From Candidatus Brocadia sp. (GTDB taxonomy: Bacteria; Planctomycetota; Brocadiia; Brocadiales; Brocadiaceae), in the NCBI GenBank assembly GCA_021650915.1, contig CP091279.1:750001-782000 (forward strand): a stretch of 32,000 nt of DNA, given 5' to 3'. A program made the translations under genes and the position numbers. The notes beneath the pieces are model-generated. The model saw nothing but the letters and a program-made list of their open reading frames with translations. It was not told where the DNA came from and did not search any database. Positions 26,093 through 32,000 of this stretch are shown one piece after another (position 1 is the first letter of the stretch; each line of letters opens with the position of its first letter).

Positions 26093-26186
26093 ACTCCCCT
26101 CCTCCTTAACATTAATTACCCCCCATTACCCAATACAAGCACGAATTTTTTCATACCAAGTTAATTGCTCATGGTATTATCGCCAG

Positions 26187-26215
26187 ATTCTAAAATATTT
26201 TTCTCATTTTGTCTA
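26187..26215 (-). promoter_or_regulatory. Possible promoter of PEP-CTERM gene 1
   Basis: On the minus strand: TAGACA (26215-26210), 17 nt, TAGAAT (26192-26187). Confidence 0.3.
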
Positions 26216-26349
26216 ATACTAAAGCATCTTCACTTATCTGCTATGCCTTCTTATTATCTCCACCACCACCCAATTATACCCATTTTTTGCATCCCTTTGT
26301 TTGTAAATATTTCCACATTCGTTGAATGTTTCTGCCACACATAGCACTA

Positions 26350-26460
26350 TAAACAAAAAAGCCTTACTGCAAGAATGTTTACTAAAATCAACAACTTCAA
26401 CAGTAAGGCTATCTTTTAAAATACCTTGTTAATGCGACTTAAGGACTTCAACTCCAGTTA
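26350..26460 (-). repeat. Copy A of a ~100-nt repeated element ending in an intrinsic terminator
   Basis: On the minus strand: ...AAGTCCTTAAG...AGATAGCCTTACTG-31 nt-CAGTAAGGCTTTTTTGTTTA. The flanks and stem are shared with copy B (30231-30331), and the loop differs. Confidence 0.55.
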
Positions 26461-26502
26461 TCACTGTGATTTGCATTCTTCATAGTTTTAAAATGTTCAG
26501 GA

Positions 26503-26541
26503 TCTCTACCCTCCCTTCTTTTTAGATAGAGAGGGTAGAGA
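26503..26541 (-). other. Conserved 3' stem-loop after PEP-CTERM gene 2
   Basis: TCTCTACCCTC-17 nt-GAGGGTAGAGA, 33 nt after the stop. Confidence 0.5.
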
Positions 26542-26573
26542 AATTTTACTAAACATGATTAATACAAATTAAG

Positions 26574-26819
26574 TTATGCAATTCCATTCCTGGCATCATC
26601 CTGCTGACAAATTACCTCTTTTGATTTCAACTTTTTCCTTAAATACCGCAAACCAACTAAGGTACCACCGCCAGCGCCAAAAAGAATGCAACTGATAGGT
26701 TCCGGTGCAGGTTTAGGCGGTTTTTTGTTTCCCTTAGCATCTGCGGAGTTGATAACTATCATCGTGGATATCACCAAGGCAAATAAACATCCGCCAAATT
26801 TCATGAATCTTTTTTTCAT
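26574..26819 (-). CDS. Minimal PEP-CTERM protein 2 (81 aa)
   Basis: Paralogue of 25847-26092, with 58 of 81 residues identical by hand alignment. 'APEPISCILFGAGGGTLVGLRYLRKKLKSK' PEP-CTERM domain. GGAGGAG SD. Confidence 0.7.
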   Translation of the reverse strand: MKKRFMKFGGCLFALVISTMIVINSADAKGNKKPPKPAPEPISCILFGAGGGTLVGLRYLRKKLKSKEVICQQDDARNGIA

Positions 26820-27506
26820 ATGCTTCTCCTCCTACAAAGTAATCAAAAATAATTTTATACGAACTCGAATTCTTGCTTCTTTTCCTTCTACTTCTAAACA
26901 ACCGCTCTTAAATCAATTTTCGTTTTCCCTCCTTTCGAAATTATTCCCTAATCTTTTTTTATCACTCCTGAATATATCTCATTTTACTTATCTTTTTTTC
27001 TGTTGATAATCATGAGCAAGGATGATGCCAAAAAGGAAATATCCTTCTGTCCGTTGGTTTTCCTGGGTTTTCATTATTATAAATACGAAGACATGCGATA
27101 TCTTTACCACACCGGTTTAAAACAGTTTTTAAATAAATGCTTATACGACAAACAGATACAAATGCGACCAAAACATCACACCATATGCGGTTGTTCTAAC
27201 CCATGATAGAAGGTATTTCAAACCTGATGCAGCAGACTTCTGGCGATGTAGTTTCATACATTGCTGCTTACTATACTCCACAGGCTCACAATTTGTGATT
27301 TATAGTAGTTCAACACGGACAAACAGAGTTTGTCCATGCCACCTTATTATCAATTTAAAATTCACATTTTATGAGCATCTTGGGTATATCTGCCGCAATA
27401 CAAGCAAACAGCCTTTAAATAATTTCAAATTTTGATTTACATTTTAACACGTAACCTCGCGCCCTACCCTTACAAACTTTTTCTTTGTAATCAAATCCCT
27501 TCGCAC

Positions 27507-27577
27507 AAAAAAGGCAGACAAGAGACGATTTCTTTCGTGTCGCTTTGACCGCGGGAAACGCCCCCCGTCTGCCTTTT
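27507..27577 (-). terminator. Possible terminator after the LamG protein gene (long-loop hairpin + T-run)
   Basis: On the minus strand: AAAAGGCAGAC-47 nt-GTCTGCCTTTTTT, beginning 37 nt after the stop at 27614. Confidence 0.35.
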
Positions 27578-27613
27578 AGCCTACTTTTCAACGCCTAATT
27601 AAGGATGTCTTAT

Positions 27614-29620
27614 TTAGTTGTTGAATATGTCTTGAACCTCCTGATCGGTCAAAGCCCGATTGGAGAGACAAACCTCATCAATGATGCCATTGAAACAACC
27701 CTTTTTCGAGAGACTATTCCCGATTTTTGTGTCAGAATAATACGTTAGCGGAACTACGGTGTTACCCGCTTTATGCCGTACGGTTCTTACCAGTTGTCCA
27801 TTGACATATAACTTCTGTTCACCGGTGGTCTTGTTGTATGTGCCTGCAACATGATTCCAACCACCCACGGAATTACCCATATTATATGACGCCGTCCTCT
27901 GCCTCTTGTTTCCACTTGCGTCTTGCGTCACCAGGGCAAATGCAATTACATCAGGAGTTCTTTTGAGAAACTTTAAACCAAAACCTTCGCGTAATTGCGG
28001 ATTAGAATGCATCCTCAATCCGTCGAAGATAAAATCATACCCCTTCGTGTCATTTGCATTCTTATAGAACCATGCGCTCAGGGAAACTTCCTCGCTATTA
28101 ATGACCGGAATTGATACATTATCATCAACACCGTCAAAACTCAGGCCACTGCCATTTCTTCCGCCGGTCCAGCTTGCGCCATTGATCGTGCCGTCATTAC
28201 CGTTGCCTGACGAGTCGCCAGCAACATTTCCGCTTCCTTCATCAAAGGAATAACAAGCCTGTGCATCTGGGCATGGGCATAGTGGCGGTGTTGTTGACTC
28301 CCATATCTTTGTGACCTGATTCGATGTTTTGGTCTGTCCTGTGCTATCGACAAAGCTTGCCTCGATCACGTCTGTGCCTGCAGCACTACCCGTGTAGGTA
28401 AATGTTGCATGTCCATTGGCATCGGTCGAGTTATTGCTAGAAAGCCCTGCATGCGGACCAGAAACGATCGAGAAAAACACATTGCGTCCTACGATCGGGG
28501 CACCATTGTCATCCTGAACGGTTGCCGTCACGGTATGCTGTGTTCCTACCGGATTGGTGGCAGTTGTTGGTCCCAAAACGATGCCTTCCCCAACGACTGC
28601 GATGGCTGACCTAATGGATAATCCTGCAAAAAAGATACTGTCATCGTTTGAAGGATTAATGGTATTTATTACCATACTCGTATCACCGGTATTGACAAAA
28701 GGCAGAATATCATAGAGTTCATCATCGTCACGAGGATCTGTCGCGCTCGCATTTGGATCCGGCGGATTAGCAGTACTGTCACCAATACCACCAACTGTTA
28801 TCAGTACTCCGTTACCCCCAAGAGTACCGTCATCTTGACCACCTGCAGAAGAGGTAAGTCGCTGACCATTGATATCTACATGGCTCTCTTGTCCTGTCGG
28901 GCCTAGTTGGTAGCTGAAAGAAATTCCCAAGGAGAATTCCATTCCCAGATTCGGATCGCTCTTGTCTATGGGGTCAGAAAATAATACGTTAAATGTATCC
29001 CCGGTAGTATTCTGGGCGCCAAACATGAGAACGATGGTGTTGCTCACGGATTGATTGGGATCATCAAAGATTACCGCCAGAATGGAGCCATCCAGGTACA
29101 TGGTTTCAACAACGGGGATATCGATAATACCCGCCGGAGCGGCATCAACGACTGGTTTTACGATGCTTGTGACATCAGCCCAGGCATGGTTCGGCCCCCC
29201 GAAGATAGCGTTTAGTTTTACATGTAAACTCCAGTTTACCGGAGTGCCGTTGAGTTCAATCGCCCCGTTTGGCAATGGCCCAGGATTACCATTTGAACCC
29301 CACACATCAGCCGCTGCCATGTACGCGCCTCGTACCGTTGCTCCCGCTGGCTTATTCACCTGAATATTTCCGGAAGAGTCTGTACCGAGGCCATCAACAG
29401 ACAATGAAATAAGACCAGTTTCAGTCACCACAGGTTGCAGCGCTGTAGCTGATGCAGCCGCTGGCATCATGGACTGGCTTATCTTTGGACCCGCAGCGGA
29501 TTCTTCGGAAACAGTGCCCGGCACCGGACTACTGTTTGCGAAAGTCTGAACAGCACCGGCAGCTACTAATACTGCTATCAAGAAAAATGCTATGAAAAAT
29601 TTAGATCTTATTGCTTTCAA
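27614..29620 (-). CDS. Secreted protein with an unknown N-terminal domain, a bacterial Ig-like (Big_1-type) domain and a C-terminal LamG/concanavalin-A-like lectin domain
   Basis: Signal peptide 'MKAIRSKFFIAFFLIAVLVAAGAVQTFA'. Ig-like 'GTQHTVTATVQDDNGAPIVGRNVFFSIVSGP...DANGHATFTYTGSAAGTDVIEA'. LamG_3-type 'YSFDEGSGNVAGDSSGNGNDGTINGASWTGGRNGSGLSFDGVDDNVSIP...NGIIDEVCLSNRALTDQEVQDIF'. The TTG start has AAGGGAGGA 7 nt upstream. Confidence 0.85.
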   Translation of the reverse strand: MKAIRSKFFIAFFLIAVLVAAGAVQTFANSSPVPGTVSEESAAGPKISQSMMPAAASATALQPVVTETGLISLSVDGLGTDSSGNIQVNKPAGATVRGAYMAAADVWGSNGNPGPLPNGAIELNGTPVNWSLHVKLNAIFGGPNHAWADVTSIVKPVVDAAPAGIIDIPVVETMYLDGSILAVIFDDPNQSVSNTIVLMFGAQNTTGDTFNVLFSDPIDKSDPNLGMEFSLGISFSYQLGPTGQESHVDINGQRLTSSAGGQDDGTLGGNGVLITVGGIGDSTANPPDPNASATDPRDDDELYDILPFVNTGDTSMVINTINPSNDDSIFFAGLSIRSAIAVVGEGIVLGPTTATNPVGTQHTVTATVQDDNGAPIVGRNVFFSIVSGPHAGLSSNNSTDANGHATFTYTGSAAGTDVIEASFVDSTGQTKTSNQVTKIWESTTPPLCPCPDAQACYSFDEGSGNVAGDSSGNGNDGTINGASWTGGRNGSGLSFDGVDDNVSIPVINSEEVSLSAWFYKNANDTKGYDFIFDGLRMHSNPQLREGFGLKFLKRTPDVIAFALVTQDASGNKRQRTASYNMGNSVGGWNHVAGTYNKTTGEQKLYVNGQLVRTVRHKAGNTVVPLTYYSDTKIGNSLSKKGCFNGIIDEVCLSNRALTDQEVQDIFNN

Positions 29621-29883
29621 GTTTTAGTCCTCCCTTATTAAAACATACGAATAAAAATACAGGAAAAACAGGTTTTTATTTGCTGTATCACCCCCCCTTT
29701 CTCTTCGTTTATAAAAATCTATTCCCGCACTAAAACAACACAATTTTTATGTATCACCTCCTTTTTCCCAATTTCATTTGCCTCAACGAGATATAGAAAA
29801 CATCTTACGTACCTCTTTTTCCACCACTTCCTGAACCATAATTTTCCCACAAAAAATTAAAATCTTTGTAACAATCGTAACAG

Positions 29884-30008
29884 TTTAGCTTTTTGAAAAA
29901 CTCTCAATTTTATACCATATTTTGTTAAAAAATTGCATTATTAGGGCGATTTCTGGCCCTTTTTAAGCGATATTTCGACATTTTTTGGCAGTTTTTCAAA
30001 AAGCTAAA
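29884..30008. repeat. 125-nt element bounded by 19-bp perfect inverted repeats
   Basis: TTTAGCTTTTTGAAAAACT (29884-29902) and its exact reverse complement (29990-30008). A third 14/15 copy of TAGYTTTTTGAAAAA sits at 30024-30038. Confidence 0.6.
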
Positions 30009-30034
30009 TTGATACTAACAATCTAGTTTTTTGA

Positions 30035-30145
30035 AAAATCCCGAAGGGATGACATGGTATCATTCATTTTGCCATATTTCACCCCTATGGGGTTAAATAT
30101 GGTGGTGTGCCCTATTCTATAATCATGTCATCCCTTCGGGATTTT
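30035..30145. repeat. 111-nt element bounded by 22-bp perfect inverted repeats (MITE-like or structured RNA)
   Basis: AAAATCCCGAAGGGATGACATG (30035-30056) and its exact reverse complement (30124-30145). There is an inner hairpin CCATATTT..CCCC-tat-GGGG..AAATATGG (30072-30102). Each arm also contains a local CCC-gaa-GGG hairpin. Confidence 0.6.
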
Positions 30146-30175
30146 CCGGTCTGTCCATTTTCCCTGTTGGCTCTT

Positions 30176-30220
30176 AACTATTCAGAGAAAATATTCTCTG
30201 TCAATTTTTGCTGAATAGTT
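30176..30220. other. Nested hairpin
   Basis: AACTATTCAG...CTGAATAGTT (10 bp) encloses AGAGA-aaatat-TCTCT. Confidence 0.4.
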
Positions 30221-30230
30221 ACCTTTTGCT

Positions 30231-30331
30231 TAAACAAAAAAAGCCTTACTACCGATTTATGGAACTTTTTCGGCAGTAAGGCTATCTTGAGAAAATTGCT
30301 TAGTGCATCTAAAGGACTTTAACTTTCGTTA
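30231..30331 (-). repeat. Copy B of the ~100-nt repeated element ending in an intrinsic terminator
   Basis: On the minus strand: ...AAGTCCTTTAG...AGATAGCCTTACTgCCG-16 nt-CGGtAGTAAGGCTTTTTTTGTTTA. Confidence 0.55.
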
Positions 30332-30510
30332 CCTGATAGAGTATGGTTTATCTATCAAGACCAGAATTATAATCCTTGCATACTTCCCTGTATAATTTCA
30401 AGACCCTTTCCTTTGCGCCCCCCGATCACTCAGGGTTTGCCTTTTTCGAACTATCGACTTAATCGATAGTTATTTGATTATATCACGAAAACAAAAAAAG
30501 TCAATTGCTT

Positions 30511-31584
30511 TTACACAATCCGAACAATCCTATTATCTCCCCGCGTAACTTCACCAATAACTATTCCCGGTTCTTTTGCGTATTTCAAAGTGTTTAAGAC
30601 TTTTTTTACCTCAGATTCTGGTACGATCAGCACCATACCAATACCCATATTGAATACATGAAACATTTCCTGGTCGGTAATTTCACCAACGTCCTGAATT
30701 ATCTTAAATATCTTTGGGACATCCCATTCCTTTCTTTCCAGGGTAACAGAGCAACCTTCAGGCAAGATACGCGGTATATTATCCCGTAGTCCGCCGCCGG
30801 TGATATGCGCTATTCCTTTTATAACATTTTTTGGTTTGTGTTTGTTCAATGTCTTCAGGATCGTTTTTACATAGATATTCGTCGGTCGTATCAGTTCTTC
30901 GCCGAGGGTAGTATTCAGCCCGTATTTCGTGAGCCTCTGGTTTGTTTTCATCTTTGCCTTATCAAAGAAGACCTTTCGCACCAGGGAAAATCCATTGCTA
31001 TGGATTCCACTCGATCTTAAGCCAATCACCCGATCCCCAGGCCGTATCGTTTTGCCTGTGATCACGTTTTCTTTTTCAACAACGCCAATCACAAAACCCG
31101 CGATATCATATTCTCCCTTCTGATAAAACCCCGGCATCTCCGGCGTTTCACCACCAATGAGGGCGCAACCTGCCTGACGACATCCCTCCACAATGCCATC
31201 CAATACTTCATGAAGCACCGTCGGCACAATTTTACTGCTTGCCAAATAGTCCAGGAAAAACAAGGGTTCTGCGCCCAATACCACGATGTCATTGACGCAC
31301 ATGGCCACGAGATCAATTCCAATGGTGTTGTGTTTGTTCATCATAAAGGCAATTTTCAGTTTGGTGCCCACACCATCGGTAGAGGAAACAAGCACGGGCT
31401 GACGATATTTTTTCAGACGGGAGTTTAAAGCGAATAATCCTCCAAAACCATCAGGATTTTCAATCACCCTCTGACTAAAGGTTGTCTGCATTTTTGAATA
31501 AATATCTGTCGTAAATTGACCTTTTGTGCCAATATCAACACCCGCATCACGGTAAGAAAGCCCTTTTTTTGTTTTTTTTGTCAT
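30511..31584 (-). CDS. purM: Phosphoribosylformylglycinamidine cyclo-ligase (AIR synthetase)
   Basis: 'LSYRDAGVDI', 'GFGGLFAL', 'LVSSTDGVGTKLKIA', 'DLVAMCVNDIVVLGAEPLFFLDY', 'GGETPEMPGFY' and 'GLRSSGIHSNGFSL' blocks. 357 aa. Confidence 0.93.
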   Translation of the reverse strand: MTKKTKKGLSYRDAGVDIGTKGQFTTDIYSKMQTTFSQRVIENPDGFGGLFALNSRLKKYRQPVLVSSTDGVGTKLKIAFMMNKHNTIGIDLVAMCVNDIVVLGAEPLFFLDYLASSKIVPTVLHEVLDGIVEGCRQAGCALIGGETPEMPGFYQKGEYDIAGFVIGVVEKENVITGKTIRPGDRVIGLRSSGIHSNGFSLVRKVFFDKAKMKTNQRLTKYGLNTTLGEELIRPTNIYVKTILKTLNKHKPKNVIKGIAHITGGGLRDNIPRILPEGCSVTLERKEWDVPKIFKIIQDVGEITDQEMFHVFNMGIGMVLIVPESEVKKVLNTLKYAKEPGIVIGEVTRGDNRIVRIV

Positions 31585-31601
31585 AGGTTGTCCATGATAA
31601 A

Positions 31602-31630
31602 GTAAGGGCGAACGGCCGTTCGCCCCCTAC
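31602..31630. repeat. REP-like GC-rich palindrome
   Basis: GTA-a-GGGCGAACGG/CCGTTCGCCC-cc-TAC. The 20-bp core is a perfect palindrome. Confidence 0.6.
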
Positions 31631-31663
31631 AATGATAAATTAGGCCTCGGCGACCTTCTCAAT

Positions 31664-31690
31664 GTAGAGCGACGAGCCTCGTCGCTCTAC
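31664..31690. repeat. REP-like GC-rich palindrome
   Basis: GTAGAGCGACGAG-c-CTCGTCGCTCTAC, with 13-bp perfect arms. It shares the GTAGAG...CTCTAC ends with the palindrome at 6231-6258. Confidence 0.6.
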
Positions 31691-31763
31691 AACCACAATT
31701 TTGAAATTCCTGTGCATTAAATTAACGTTTTGCTACTGTGACCTCCGTGCCGCGGTGGTTTAT

Positions 31764-32000
31764 CTATTCCTTCCATGACGGTCGTATTGAACTCAACCTG
31801 CCTCGGTAATAACCCAGCCACATACCATACACATAGGCGAACTCACGTACGAGAGGTAAGACTGCAAGTACCGCCAATGTTTTTAACGATATCCCCGTGC
31901 TGTCTCCCATTCTTGCCATAACGATTATACCTAAGGGAACGTATACAACCGTTAAGATACTTAATAAAAGCAAAAAGATCGAACCCGGTACGAAATACAC
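31764..32000 (-). CDS. Hypothetical membrane protein, C-terminal 78 aa (5' end outside window)
   Basis: The ORF runs to the window edge. It has two hydrophobic helices ('SIFLLLLSILTVVYVPLGIIVMA', 'LAVLAVLPLV'). Stop TAG 31766-31764. Confidence 0.45.
   Translation of the reverse strand: MYFVPGSIFLLLLSILTVVYVPLGIIVMARMGDSTGISLKTLAVLAVLPLVREFAYVYGMWLGYYRGRLSSIRPSWKE

Noticed and set aside
25678-27006. Plus-strand ORFs 25678-25971, 26022-26216 and 26686-27006
   Set aside because: They are antisense shadows of the two PEP-CTERM genes and their flanks. The minus-strand genes have strong SDs, signal peptides and a sorting domain.
27003-27206. 67-aa plus-strand ORF in the spacer upstream of PEP-CTERM gene 2
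   Set aside because: It has a TTG start without an SD, an odd composition and no motif. It is probably non-coding, though this cannot be excluded without conservation data.
29880-30340. Possible CRISPR array suggested by the many repeated hairpins
   Set aside because: The repeats are inverted rather than direct, of different families and irregularly spaced. There are no cas genes in the window.
30449-30471. Hairpin AACTATCGA-cttaa-TCGATAGTT, 40 nt after the purM stop, as the purM terminator
   Set aside because: On the coding (minus) strand it is followed by CGAAAAAGG, not a U-run. The T-run sits on the wrong side. The likelier terminator is the hairpin plus T7 of repeat copy B.

Overview
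Calls rest on reading the sequence and ORF track by eye (motifs, start/stop context, hand-checked repeats); no database search was run. The window is moderately AT-rich bacterial DNA, mostly minus-strand genes after 10.4 kb. (1) 1-848: 3' part of galE. (2) 1158-10241: a tightly overlapped type I R-M operon, hsdM / frameshifted YhcG-like PD-(D/E)XK nuclease / hsdS / RAYT-like HUH-Y1 transposase homologue / hsdR / DUF45-M48 metallopeptidase. (3) 10490-16500: rpsI-rplM, an unannotated 57-aa Cys-rich secreted peptide gene, a solitary FabZ-like dehydratase, a HAD hydrolase, an alpha-glucan phosphorylase, a dihydrolipoyl dehydrogenase and a possible 42-aa membrane peptide. (4) 16654-22917: the most interesting block, a six-gene operon of ACP, FabZ, an intact ketosynthase, a ketosynthase paralogue lacking all three catalytic residues, a CrtI-like flavoprotein and a B12-binding radical SAM enzyme. 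This looks like a type-II-PKS-like specialised lipid pathway. From memory, the same gene types were proposed, but never proven, for ladderane lipids in anammox Planctomycetes; the host assignment is inference only. (5) 23161-26819: a hypothetical protein, EpsI plus exosortase, and two tandem 81-aa PEP-CTERM proteins with almost no passenger domain. (6) 27614-29620: a secreted Ig-like/LamG protein behind an 890-bp leader dense with hairpins and repeats. (7) purM, two REP-like GC-rich palindromes and a partial membrane protein gene. No rRNA, tRNA or CRISPR array was seen. Several well-supported genes (ACP, lpd, LamG protein) start at TTG behind strong Shine-Dalgarno sites.
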